Shown piece by piece: positions 51,932 through 64,000 of a stretch of DNA of 64,000 nt (its first letter is position 1; every line of letters starts with the position of its first letter). The notes below the pieces were generated by a model. The model was not told where the DNA came from. It ran no database searches and saw nothing but the letters and a program-made list of their open reading frames with translations. Both the position numbers and the translations under genes were made by a program. Source of the stretch: Thalia democratica (taxonomy: Eukaryota); assembly GCA_965202585.1 (NCBI GenBank), contig OZ241830.1, positions 75,206,001 through 75,270,000 on the forward strand, given 5' to 3'.

Positions 51932-53361
51932 GTTAGTTTTAAAGTGTTCAGTTTCTAAACATTTAAATTGTTTATAAAACTTAATTAATGTTAGTTTTTA
52001 AATATTCAGTTTTCTACTTATTAAGAACTTTATTATGTAAAGATTTTGCACTACCTAATATTTGTAGTTCACTCAATTTGAGTAAAAAAGTTTATAGTGT
52101 TTTATTTGTATCTTTTATTAAGTTCGAAATTAAGTTGTGTTTTTCTTAAAGTAAGTAAATAAATGTTTTAATTTGATACAAAAAGGTTAAAACAGTTAAA
52201 TACAATTCACACAATTCAGTATAAAACTAAAGAATCAAAATCTTGATCTTAATTCAAAATAAAGCAAGTACAACAAAGTTTTTTTAGTTATAAAAAAAAA
52301 TCAATTGACTTTGTAGTATTTTTTGTATAAAATAATTATTTTACAAGATAAAGTCGCTAAAATAAACTATAATATATTTTTTTTCAACTAAAAGATAGTA
52401 GATATTAGCTATTATTTGGTGTTAAAGGGTAATTTTTAATACATCCCCCATAGTATTTTTTCTAGTTTGAGCGAACAGTTATTGATCACAACTTTAAGTA
52501 ATATAAATAAACACCTAGTTAAAAACCCTGACTTAGTTTTTTTAATCGGTTTTGAAAAATTTAATAAACTTAAGCTCAGTACGATAAAATTTAACGAAAT
52601 GTATACAGTAAAAGTTTAATAAACAAACGAAAGTTTTGTGTTTAAATGTGCGAAAGTTAGCTAACAAAACTTAACCTAAGTTAAAGAATTAGTTACAATG
52701 AATTAGTATACTTTTCATTAACAATAACAACTTGTAGAGTTTTTGTCATAAAGTTATACTTTAATTGTTATTTGTATATGTGTACATTTAATAATTTTTA
52801 AGTTTCAAAGACTTTATTACTATTTTTATTCTTAGTATTTGGCTTTAAATAAAACTGGTTCAAAACATAATAAAAACGCTAAAAGTGTTCCTTGAAGTAT
52901 ATTTACAACTAAACTTTTTGTTCTAGTAATAATAGTTTTGATTATTTTATGTGTGTGGCTAACAATTTTTAACTCGTTTTTTAAGGATTTTTAAGAAACT
53001 TCTAACTCAATATGTCTACTCAAGACATTTTTTTTTTAATTTTTACAAGTTTTTACCCAAAACACTTAATTACTCAAGTACTTTACAAGCTAATTGTTTG
53101 ATATTACAGATCCTAACAAAGCAAGTTCGATTGAATGTATAATAAAAACAATTTGCAATTTACTTTTCTTTGTTGAACTTACATATGTTTCTTTTGTGTA
53201 AAACAAGTAATCACAATTCCACGGATTTGTTAATATATAAAAAGCAACACCTTGGATCCAAACAACTCCGTGGAACGGTGTTAAATAAGTTAAAACAAAA
53301 AGACTTCTGTTAGTTCAGTGAAGAAAAAGGTCTGCGCAAGTTGTTTTTACCAAACTTATAG

Positions 53362-53716
53362 TCGAACTACTATTCGATTATAAATCACCACCGAAAGATC
53401 CCCAACTATTACGGCTATCTCGGATCTCCCGATGTTACCAAGGGAAACACTGGTGACGTCACACTGCAAAGAAAAGCCACGTCGCACGACAATGACGTCA
53501 CACCAGAAGGCGATGACGTATCCGATAACATCGAGGAGGTACCACCTAACGTCACAGAAGAAGAGACGACAGGTGAAAAGCTGCGACGTCGCGGCGAAAA
53601 CGTTCTTTGAAAGCAATGACGTCATTAACGAGGAAGTAGACATTAGTGACGAAAATGACGACGTGGATGAAGAAGGTGATAAAAGTTATGACTTTACCAA
53701 TCTCACACGGTTTTAG
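53362..53716 (+). CDS. Candidate terminal exon, acidic low-complexity peptide with an apparent frameshift near 53605
   Basis: GC/CpG-rich island after a ttatag acceptor. Reads SNYYSIINHHRKIPNYYGYLGSPDV...EKLRRRGENVL* (53362-53610), continuing in the next frame as FESNDVINEEVDISDENDDVDEEGDKSYDFTNLTRF* (to 53716). AATAAA near 53762. Confidence 0.5.
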
Positions 53717-54214
53717 GAGAGCATGTTGGAAGACGCTTACTAAGTATGAAGAGTGATAGTGAATAAATAAATATGAGGCCATTACCGCCCTAGTGGAGAT
53801 GTCTAAAGTTTAAATATAAAGTTCACGCATTTTTATTAAAATTAATTTATGGTTTAGTTCATGTGCTCAATTTTACTTTTATTTTTGCATAATATCGACC
53901 CTTTTTATTTTAATCATTTCTCACCAAAAACCTTTGGATATTTTAAAGCCGTTGTTTTAAGATGCTTTTGTAAAACATTCACAACTTTGTTTTTGTTTGT
54001 AAGTAGTTTGTCTAAAAATAAAAATAGTATATTATTTAGTATGTTTATGTTAAACGAATCTCAACCATTGTGTACAAATGCTGTCACATCGAGTAGACAT
54101 GTTAAAAAATTTTGTTGTATAACTTTGAAAATAGTTAATTTAGAAATATAAAATGAAATTAAAACAGAATACTTCAAAAACAGGTATGTTGGAAAGCAAA
54201 ACTTTTGAGAACTA

Positions 54215-54828
54215 GTACAAATTGCACGAAGACAAAATTGCAAGAGGTTACTAAATTGCACGAGGGGACTAAATTGCACGAGGGAACAAAATTGCACGAG
54301 GGCACAATATTCCATGAGAGAATAAAATTCACGAAGATAATTTTGCACCAAGTGTCTGATTTGCACGAGTTACATTTTTGCAAGAGAGTAAAAAATACAG
54401 AAAAAATAAAATAAATAAAAGATAATTTTATTACAAAATTAAAAATACTGACTGAGGGTAAGGGTAACAGTCATCGTAAAAATAAAAGTATTAATTTTTT
54501 TATTATTATTTTTTTAACAAAAAAAAATTATAAAGAAATAACTCACCGACCGAGGGTTAGGGGTAACAGTGATAGTTAAAAACTATATTTATTTAAATAA
54601 ATTAAAATTTAATTTAATAAAACAATTAAAAAAAAAACCGTAAAAAAATTTCTCCGTGCATAGTTGTCTGCTCGTGCAAAAGTGTTTTCGTGCAAAAGTG
54701 TTTTTGTGCAAAAGTATCTTCGTGCAATTTTATCCCCTCAAGCAAAAGTATCCTCGTGAAATTTTGAGCACTCATGCAATTTTTCCCCTCGTGCAATTTT
54801 GTACGCTCGCGCAAATTTAACAGCTACC
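54215..54828. mobile_element. Foldback-type non-autonomous element with inverted arrays of AAATTGCACGAG units
   Basis: Left arm has tandem AAATTGCACGAG units, right arm CTCGTGCAA(A/T)TT units; AT-rich centre with GGGTTAG/GGGTAAC motifs; right end CTACC followed by TTAA; left terminus eroded. Confidence 0.75.
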
Positions 54829-56403
54829 TTAAACTTTTATAATTCAATCAACATGCCTTTATTATTAGTCAAATTAAAATAAATTATAAAAATATTTTTT
54901 TGTTTTTCATTAAAGCGTTTTTGACTTTTTTAGGAAACAAGAAATATTAAATAAAAATTAAGCCAATAGTATGCATTAACTACAATTTAAATAGTTTTTA
55001 AAATTGCAGATTTTTTTTTCCTTTAGGAACTTTTTGAACAAATTTAGTGAAAAATTTATAATTTTAGAATTTTTTTTCAAAATTAAGTAACTATTACAAT
55101 TTTTAAGTAATTGGATACGGATCCGACCGGATTTTAGGATACTGATCTATTATTTAAATTAAGATCTTGCTTTTATGTTACATCAATGTTCTTTAATTTG
55201 TTTTTAATCGGGATATTAACAAAAAAGGCTAGGTTTTGTAGATCACTACTGCTAACACACATTAAAAAGTTACTCACTGTTTTGTTCTAAAAGCAACACT
55301 ATTTTACTTATAAGTTTTTAAATAGTATTTATATTAATATTTGTTATAAATAAGTTATATCAGAATGTTTATAAGAGTATGAAGATAAGAATACTTTACT
55401 TAGCTGAAATAAGAAACACAAGAATTAGTTTTAACAGCTATTATTAATAAAAAAACGCTTAAAATTTGGAAAAAACGCTGTATGGATTTATATGCATTAA
55501 AAAAAGTAGTATCACTAATAAAGACATAATTAAAGTTCAAAAGAGACTTAATACCTAACGTTTTTGAAATAATTATAAAAAACAAATAAGTAGCTTTTCA
55601 AAAATGTTATTTTATTAGAAATATCACAGATTAGTTATTTAATGTATATTTGTGTGACAAAATAAAATAATCAGTGTATTTACAACTTTTTATGTGATGT
55701 CATTATTATAAATTTGACGTCACTGATATGGCCAGCAAGCTATAAATTCATAAAACTTTTGTAGATTGACTACTGCAGGTTTTTTTGTTGTTACTGACTA
55801 CCAGTTTCAATAAAAAACAAAACCTGGGTATCAGTTTACCGAATGTTTGTGGTCAGATGATCAAAATGGAACGATTCAACTTTTATCTTAGTTTTCTTTG
55901 TGTATGTAAATATTTTAATTTCAAGGTTGTTAAACTTAATTCAAACAAAAATTTTTTTAAATTTTATACAGCTACTTTGAAGTTACACATAAACTCCTCA
56001 CAACTTGTTTTTTAAAACTAATACAAAAGAAAAATTTATAATATGTATATTGTTTATTCAACGATAAAAAAGCGCTCAAAAAGTTTAGTCTGAGAACTTG
56101 GTAGGTGAAAAAACCTATCAGTTATCGAGTCGTACACAACATGCTTTAACAATTTCTTACAAGATATAAAATTAGAATGTTTTATCGAAACTTTTAAACC
56201 TTAAGATATAAAGCAATCAATAATATAAAGGAAAAGAAAAAAAGTATTTTACCGAAAAAAATAAAACAATGTTTTCAGCAGCACAATAAAAAATTACTAT
56301 TATTTTTGTAATAACCAATTTTTATTTCAGCCATTATCAACAAAATTGAGATGGTCGCGCTATCAAATCAAAAATAATAAAGTTCAACACACGACCAACA
56401 TCA

Positions 56404-56482
56404 ACAGCATCTGAGACAACCTACGACCGGTTTCGTCCTTAATAGGACTCATCAGGCACGCATAGTCGCTAGATACCGCTGT
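56404..56482 (-). ncRNA. Type I hammerhead ribozyme, intact catalytic core
   Basis: Minus strand reads ...GCGACUAUGCGUGC-CUGAUGA-GUCCU(AUUA)AGGAC-GAAA-CCGG-UC|GUAGGUUGUCUCAGAUGCUGU. All core nucleotides are present, with a 5-bp stem II, GUC cleavage triplet, palindromic helix III (ACCGGU) and extended bulged stem I. Predicted cut between 56425 and 56424. Confidence 0.9.
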
Positions 56483-58387
56483 TTTGATCTTACCAAGCGG
56501 GCTTAAGTAAAAACTACTAAAGGGACTCTTTGTGAGCAAAGTTGAAAAAGTTTTTAAGCATAAAAAAAAAACATTTATTTTCATACGGCTTTAACTTTAA
56601 AGTCTTTTTAAGCTTTAAGCTTCTTAAGCTGCAAAAATAAAGTAAGTCTTAAGCTTTTATTAAAATCCCTTCCCTTTGAAACTTTTTTAAGTGAGATTTC
56701 AGAAAAAAAATATCTGTTCCATTAAAAATATTTTAGACATTTTGAAAATTTCGGTGATGTGCTGACTTAGTACAACTTGTTTGTTAAACCAAAATTAAAG
56801 CTTTTTAGGTAATAGTAATATGTTTCTTAAAATTACACATTTCTAGGTTATTTCCCTTAGTTTCAGTAAATTTAATTTTAATAATCCTAGAACATAATTA
56901 ATTGAGATCTTAATTAAAGACTTGTAAATGTATTGCAATTAGTCACTTTTGGATGAACATATTTGTATGAAGGTAAATTTAGAAAATTACATAACATATA
57001 CCTGCACCTTTAAAACTTTTCAGTTAATTATTAAAACATAATTAATTATTAAAACATAATTAATTATATCTTTTCTAAACTTGTATAGGTCATTGTCATA
57101 TGTAAAGTTACCTTTTTTGTACATATTTTGACCTTTGGGTTTCAAAATTGCGGTCCAACTAATTTAAATATCAAACCATCATGAGAACCCTAAGCAAAAT
57201 ACCTATTATTTTAGGAAGAAAATATTGTATCGCATTTGGCAAACACTCATTTTGGTGTAAACTACAAAATCAAACATCACTATTTTCTAGAAAATAAAGT
57301 CCAAAACCAGCTACTCTAAAATAAAATGTAAAAATTACCTACTTAAAACACAAAAAAAGCATTATTAAGAAACAACACAATTTAAGGTGTTTGTGGTGTC
57401 CAACATTTTATCTAAAAACTGGCCCTTATTTAAAATATAATTTATTTTCAAAACATACTTATTATTATACAAAAAAAAAGTTAATTTTTAAGAATAATCA
57501 GTCTTGACAAATATTTCCTGGACAAGAGGTTAAAAGGTATCTGTGGTGTGCCACTATTTAACAAGAAGGTTCTAAGTGGACAAGGTCCTAAAACGAAATA
57601 TTTTAATCTTTTTTTTGTTGTTTGTCTTATACAGATGGTAACCATTTAACCTGAAAATATAGAACTTGAAAATAAAGACAAAATAAACAAAAAAAAAACC
57701 TGAACATTTTTACATTTCTGTAGCAACCTTACTTTTATGTTCTTTTATGGTGGAAAAACTTTATTTAACAAAATTGGGTCCTTAGTTTTACTTGCACAGA
57801 CTTTGATTAAGATTACAGGAAATTTTAGGCTTTATTTTCAAAATGAAACTTTTTGCTTTGCCCTGCTAATGACATTCTTAAAGTTAGCAGTATATTTGCA
57901 TCTTTACATTCATATTGTTTTATCTTGTGTACAAAACCTACAAGTTACATTATATTTTTTTAGTACTTTGTATTTGTGTTCTTGTACATCATCTCAACAT
58001 GACTTACTCTTCACTCTAAATAATTACAATTTTTTATAAGTAAAAATCCATTTATGATTTCATAGTCAACATAAAAACACTAATAACTGAAATTTAGTAC
58101 AAGTATGAATATAAAACACAAAAATGCAGCTAACTATAGAAACATATTCAACAATAATTCTTATAATAGTTGAAATGACGTTCAATTACATCATTTTTCA
58201 TTGGTAGAATGGCACTGTCCTTCATAAGTATTGTCTTTAGTATTCTGATGTAAATATGATCAAAATAAACAGAAAAAAATTATTAGTTAAAAAAGCTAAA
58301 ATTTAAGTTGGTAACAACACTAACTTAAAATTATCTTTAAAAGCTGAACATAGACCTAACAAAACAACATTTTTTAATAAAAATAAA

Positions 58388-59034
58388 GGGCATAGGGGGG
58401 GGTAAAAATACTTTTTTCACAATTTTATCTTGTTTTATATACTTTTTACTGAGCTACATGATGTAGCTTAAAAATTTTTTGAGATATTGCCAGTCAAAGT
58501 CGGAGGCAACAGTAGGTTCTTTATAGGAGGCGCAAACTAAAACAACAAATAGTTAGAAATCACTATAAATCTATAACTTACGTTTTTTGAGATAACTACC
58601 TTAAATTTTTAAGAAATGTTCCTTGCAATATTTAGAAAATTCTGTGTAAATAAAATTTAGAAAAATAAAGAAATTAAAATTTTGTGATAAAAAAACAAAA
58701 AAAACTTTTTTTGTTTATTTTTTTATAAATTTTCAACTTTTATAAAATTCTTTCTAACGGAATCTTCTTAATATATCAAAGAACACTTCCTGAGATTTTG
58801 AGGCAGTTATCTCAAAAAACAAAGATGGAGATAAATTTTTAGTGATTTAGTCTATTTTTGCTGTTTTAGTTTGTGACTCCCATAAAAAACCTATTGTTGC
58901 CTCCGACTTTGACCAGCCATATCTCAAAAGTTATTTTGAATTTTATAAATCTGTAAAAAGCATCTTGTAGCCTAGCAAAAACTATATAAAATAAGATCAA
59001 ATTCTGAAAAAAGTGAATTATCCCCCATATGCCC
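58388..59034. mobile_element. Kolobok-like MITE, paralog in repeat copy 2
   Basis: Same termini and site as 13950-14521, with about 75 bp of extra internal sequence. Confidence 0.8.
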
Positions 59035-59847
59035 TTAACATTGGCTCTTATATGAAAGCTTAAACTAAAGTCAGTTTTTATAGATAAAAAATTTTTAGTT
59101 ATATTTTGAAATATAGATGTTTTTGTAAAAAGATTCCAATACAAACTACCACAAATTTTTCAGGGTCAATTTTCTTGGAAGTTGAAAAAATCACTAAAAT
59201 TCTATCTCTTAAATTTTTGACCACAAATTTTCAGCAAACATTGCTTTTATAATTTAAAAGACTTATAGTGTTAGGTTTTAGATAGAAAAATCAAAAAAAT
59301 AGATGTTTTTTTTTAGAAAATTTTTATTTTTCAAAGTTAAAAAAATTGCTGCACTAAATCAAGTAAAATATTAGTAATGGAATTACTATAAAAATTTGAA
59401 GGAGATTCATTAAAAAATGAAGAAAAAACTTTTTTTGTGCTTTTAGTTAGTGCCTTCCATTAGCAAACTAGTGAGGTCACCGCCTTTGATTGCTTATATC
59501 TCAAAAATTACTTTGAATTTTGATAAGTGGTTCAAAACGTATGATAGCTAAGATTAAACCTACAAAATAAAATTAACTTGTAAAAATCAAGAAGAACCCC
59601 TCTATTCCCTTCATGAAGTGGCACTATTATTAACAGTTTAAGAGACACCCAATTTTCTGAATAAAATGAAATTCAGTAGTATATGTTCATTAGCAAAGCA
59701 ATTGTTTTTATTTGAAAACAAAGCTGAAAATTCCTTTAAATTGAATTTTTAAGTGTATATATAAAACTAAGGATAACCCAAAATTACTGCACTTTCATAG
59801 CTTTGTTGGAGTGTGTTAACTTGTTAACACACAGAAATTATAAAATA

Positions 59848-60653
59848 CAGGGTTGCCACACTCTCAGGGAACTCAGGGAATCTCAGGGAATTTTCAAACT
59901 GTAGAAAATCTCAGGGAAACTCAGGGAATATCAGGGAAACTCAGGGAATTTTGGCATTTTTCTTTTAACTCAGGGAAACTCAGGGAAGTTTTGATTTGTT
60001 CTCTAAATTTCAGGGAAGTTTTTGAAAATCTCAGGGAATTTTTTTTCTAGATCTAGAATGAGGTTTAGTTAATCCAGTTTCAATATTTTGTTCAAAAGTA
60101 GTAATTTTTATTATTTAAGTGGTTATTTAGAATTTTTTTAGCCTTGCGGCTAGCTCTTCAATATTCTTAGTATTAACATTGTAGTTTTTTTAAGTTTTAA
60201 GTTTATATTTACTTAAGTAAAATAATGAAGTTATTATGTATGCATTTAAGTGAGTTCTTCATGTGAAATTATTACTGTAGTATAATTAAATTTTGTCAAT
60301 TAAAATGTCAAACAAATTAAACTTTATTCTTTTATGTAGAAAGTTAACTAACAAGTTTACACAAAGTTGTGCAAAAATTTAGTTTTTAAATTTTAATTGG
60401 TTTAAACATTTTAAGATTGAGTTTTTGAAAACAGTTTTTTTCATAAATTTAATGCAGAAGCATACACATACAACCTTCCTTTTATTATTAAAGAAGAAAA
60501 TGAGAATGAGGTATTAATAATTTGTGTTAGAAGAGAAAATTTTTTTTTTAAGATTTGAAAAATACTCAGGGGAACTCAGGGAATTTTAAGGTTACTCAGG
60601 GAAATTTTTGGTCACTCAGGGAAGATTTTTTGGCTCAAAGAGTGGCAACCCTG
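59848..60653. mobile_element. Longer member of the CTCAGGGAA-subrepeat MITE family, 6-bp TSD (AAAATA)
   Basis: CAGGGTTGCCAC...GTGGCAACCCTG; AAAATA at 59842-59847 and 60654-60659; absent from copy 1 (near 15380); about 15 CTCAGGGAA-like units. Confidence 0.92.
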
Positions 60654-61779
60654 AAAATAATAACTTGTAAATACACAGAAGCATGTGTTAGTTTTATAAA
60701 GAAAGGGTACTGTTTAAATTTGATTTTATTATATGTGCTAAGATAGACTTTTGTCTCAGTTTCTAGTTTTGTACATGATCTAAGTAATGACAATTATGAA
60801 ATCTATTTGCTCTTGAATGAATAAGAATCCTGTTTTATATTCCTTTCATAAGTGAAACTTAGTAACTTTCTGAACTAAGTACTTAACAAAATAAAACTTT
60901 GTTCAATATAATTTATACAAGTTTACAATTACAGACAATGTTTCTTAACAGATTAATAATTTTTTTCTAGAGTCATCTACCATAGGCTATGAATCACATG
61001 CAACTAGTGTGAAATTAGTTGGAGTGAAGCTAGAAGCTGAAATATTCTACCGTTTTTGAGAATTGCAACCAACATTTCAGTAGGCAAAAAATATGGAAAA
61101 TTATAAATGAGTTAGTTTTTGTGAAAATCAACTGATAAGTATTTTTAAAACTAAATTTTTAAACTTTTATGTATTATAGTTCGGTAAACTATAAATTAGC
61201 AATAAAAGAAGTTTGTGATTATATACTTGATGCAAATTTGGCAATTTATGATTTCAAATTCATACTTTTTGTAGTTATAGCTGTTTTTATTCATTTAATC
61301 TATCTCTATACATGTTTAAAGTTTTAGGTAACTGATAGTATTTAATTTTACTTGTTTAGGTACTTGAAATTTTAGAACAACCACCTTGTAAAAAGAGAAT
61401 TTACACTTATGTTAGACCAAATACTATTCATAAAAATCAACTTAATTGTTTTTATTTTTACAGTTACTTGTATACAGTTATATTTCCTTGAATTAATAGT
61501 GAAGTAATTGTCTTAAACTTAAAAAATTATCATTTGTTGGTATATTTTTCGTTTTTGTATGATCTGAGGTATAAATTACTATAAAAAAACTAAAATATGT
61601 AACTAATGATTAAGACAGCGTTATAGAAGACATAAATTTAAAAAATAAGGCTTTTAATATAAACAGTTTAACCTCAAATTTTTGATTAGATTCAGAAAAA
61701 AATTAATGAATATTAATTTTCTTGATATTTCAAAAAATAAACTTTTTTTGATTTAAATTAAAAATATTTTACTCTATAT

Positions 61780-62055
61780 CAGGGTTTCCCAAAATTTTTT
61801 ACAAATGGCCATCTTTAAAGAAATTTAAAAATCCATGTCCCCATTAACAACATTACTCAAATATTACCGTAAAACCACCTAAGACCTTTTTTTTTGCTTT
61901 TCATCTGCAACTCGAGAATATCTAGTGTAAGTTTTAAATTATGGCCTAATGCTCCCCTATGGCTCCTTTACTGCTCATGCCCCCCTCTTACCCATTTGCT
62001 GCTTGTGGCCACTTGAGTGTCATATCTGTAATTGGCCCACTTTGAAAAAACCCTG
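61780..62055. mobile_element. hAT-type MITE, paralog in repeat copy 2
   Basis: Same TSD CTCTATAT at 61772-61779 and 62056-62063, so the insertion predates the duplication. Confidence 0.9.
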
Positions 62056-63092
62056 CTCTATATTATTATTCTCTATATTATATAATTTTAACTACTATTA
62101 ATTTATAAATTCTATTAGATCTGTCCTGTAGCCTGTATGCTGCCCATACACTATGAAGAAATTTTTTATACTTTGCATTTGAAAACAAAGTGATAGTAAT
62201 GCTATTCATCTTCATTTGAGTATAATTACTTTTATCTAACTTTGCTTAAAAATCATTTAATTAATATTTTTTTTTTACAATTTAGCAATTTTAACAATTC
62301 TAAGTTTTGTTACATAAATGCTTGGACCCTTCCATGGTCTTGAAAATATTATACTGTATTAAATATAATTAGTTATAGTAGTAGTAGCCTACTTAAGAGG
62401 GTCATAATTTATTTGTACACTAATTAAATCAGTTGTTGAAATACTAAATCTGCTTCTGTTAAATTGTTATTAAGCTATTCTAAAAGCTCCATGGTTATTA
62501 TATCAAAATTTGTTTATTGACACAATTGTCACACACTCGGACTACTAAGACTATCTGAAAATTTCAGAAAAACTCACGCTATCTTGTTAAAAATGTTTAA
62601 TATGACTCTGATTTCTTTAAATTTATTTTTTAAAGCAAATTTGTTTTGTTTTTTACTAACTATCAGGCTAGTTTTTATTATTTTCAAACTAAATTTATAT
62701 AAGAATAATGTATTTCTTTCTATGTAACTAACTTTTTTGTAATGTTATAATTTAAGTATTCAAGCTTAATTAACAGTTTTTTTTTAGCTTTTAAGTCTTA
62801 TATAAAAATAAAAATCACAAACTCCTAACAGTTAATTTTAAGTCAGGCTTTTTTTTTGCCTCAGAGAATGAAAATAAAACAGAAAACCAAAAAGTGCTAT
62901 TTATATAACCGAGTTATACAATATATCTGAAAGTCCTACTAGTTTTTTTATAAGTTTACCTCAAACGTTTTTTTATACATAAATTTAACTATGATTGAAG
63001 TTAAAATAAGTAGTTTCTTTATATGTTTAAAATAATATTGTCCATTAATATGTCTTGGTTGGTTTATTACGTTTAAAAGCTAAATAAATCAA

Positions 63093-63685
63093 GGCCATAG
63101 AGGGGTGTCCCAACAAATAAAAAAAAATCTTTATTTAAAAGGTTTAAGTATAAACTACAAGCCAGTTCTTATTGAATTCAAAAATATCAGTTTTGAGATA
63201 TTTTTTTTTAAAGTTTCCAATACAACTGTTTAGACCACAAATTTTTTGAGGTCAATTTTCTTGAAATTTAAGACAACACTAAAAATCAATCTCCTCCTAT
63301 TTTTTTAAGCAATCTTCTTTATGTTTAAGGAGGTTTTTTACATTATTCAAAAAACATAACTTATGAGTTTTAGTAAATTATAAATTAAAAAAAAAGTTAT
63401 TTTAGTCTATGGTAATGTTTTTTTTGTATTGTATAAAGGTTAGACTGTAAAAGTTTGAAGAAGATTGCTTGAAAATTGTAGAAGATAGATTTTAAACAAA
63501 ATAGTCATTTTTTGCTGTTGTAGTTTTTACTCCTCATAGGAACCTATTATGCGGACCAACTTTGACCGACCATATCTCAAAAACTGATTTGAATTTTTTT
63601 AAATGGTAAAAAGCAACTTAAAGCTTCGTAACAACTCAATGATTTAAGATTTACTTTTAAAAAACATGGCCTATCCCCTATGACC
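63093..63685. mobile_element. Kolobok-like MITE, paralog in repeat copy 2
   Basis: TCAA|GGCCATAGAGGGG...CCCCTATGACC|TTAA. Confidence 0.72.
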
Positions 63686-64000
63686 TTAATACTGTTTAGT
63701 AATAGAAAATTTACATTAGAAACCCTACTAGTAAATATTTATGCACAAAGCTTTTTAAAGTAGATTTAAAAAAATTATAAATGATCTCTATTTTATTTAT
63801 ACAAAAGCAATGAAAATAAGAAGTAAACAAATTGTCACGCCTTTTAAGAATTGCACTTCATATAAAAATGTTACATGTACAATTCAAAATAAAATATACA
63901 AACCAATTTAAACTAAAATTTTCTAATTTTCCAAATAATATAAGAGCTTTACAAGTATTATATACATTTAGCAGTGAAAAAGAAACGTTTATACTTTTTA

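Larger units (their letters stand above)
55479..64000 (+). repeat. Long direct repeat, copy 2 (runs off the window end)
   Basis: Colinear with 10219-18830; offset about 45.2 kb (18811 aligns to 63986). Confidence 0.97.

Noticed and set aside
53395-53430. NYYG resembles the start of the ascidian peptide cionin (NYYGWMDFamide)
   Set aside because: Only four residues match; the WMDF-G-KR amidation end is absent.
59848-60653. Regular CTCAGGGAA repeats as a CRISPR-like array
   Set aside because: Eukaryotic context, no unique constant-length spacers; they are subterminal repeats inside a TIR element.
1-64000. tRNA, rRNA, snRNA or spliced-leader RNA genes, and RT or transposase ORFs
   Set aside because: None recognised by eye; tRNAscan-SE, Infernal and TBLASTN would be needed to exclude divergent copies. 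Most short ORFs in the track are F/L/K/I-rich chance frames.

Overview
Very AT-rich eukaryotic (invertebrate animal) genomic DNA with GT-AG spliceosomal introns and one 169-N assembly gap (46436-46604). TGACGTCA-rich GC islands and a divergent Wnt5 are compatible with an ascidian, but the taxon is inference only. Recognisable content: (1) the first three coding exons of a Wnt5-like gene on the minus strand (5998-6077, 3758-3996, 1107-1246), continuing off the left edge, with a dense TCF/LEF site cluster over its 5' end. (2) A direct repeat of at least 8.6 kb (10219-18830 vs 55479 to window end). Each copy holds a minus-strand type I hammerhead ribozyme, intact in copy 2 and core-mutated in copy 1, plus many MITEs. 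Copy 1 is followed by a Ulp1/C48 cysteine protease gene broken by a 7-bp tandem duplication. (3) An intronless 729-aa ORF with N-terminal hydrophobic segments and 11 synonymously diverged PPGF motifs, the GYF-domain ligand consensus. (4) An orphan 3' remnant of CAND1. (5) A probable secreted acidic protein gene at 51.9-53.7 kb. (6) Several MITE families: TTAA/Kolobok-like, 8-bp-TSD hAT, 6-bp-TSD CAGGGTTGCCA elements and a foldback element. The best candidates for new biology are the hammerhead-bearing repeat system, including a third fragment that ends at the predicted cleavage site, and the multivalent PPGF protein. All alignments, counts and folds were done by hand; no database searches were run.
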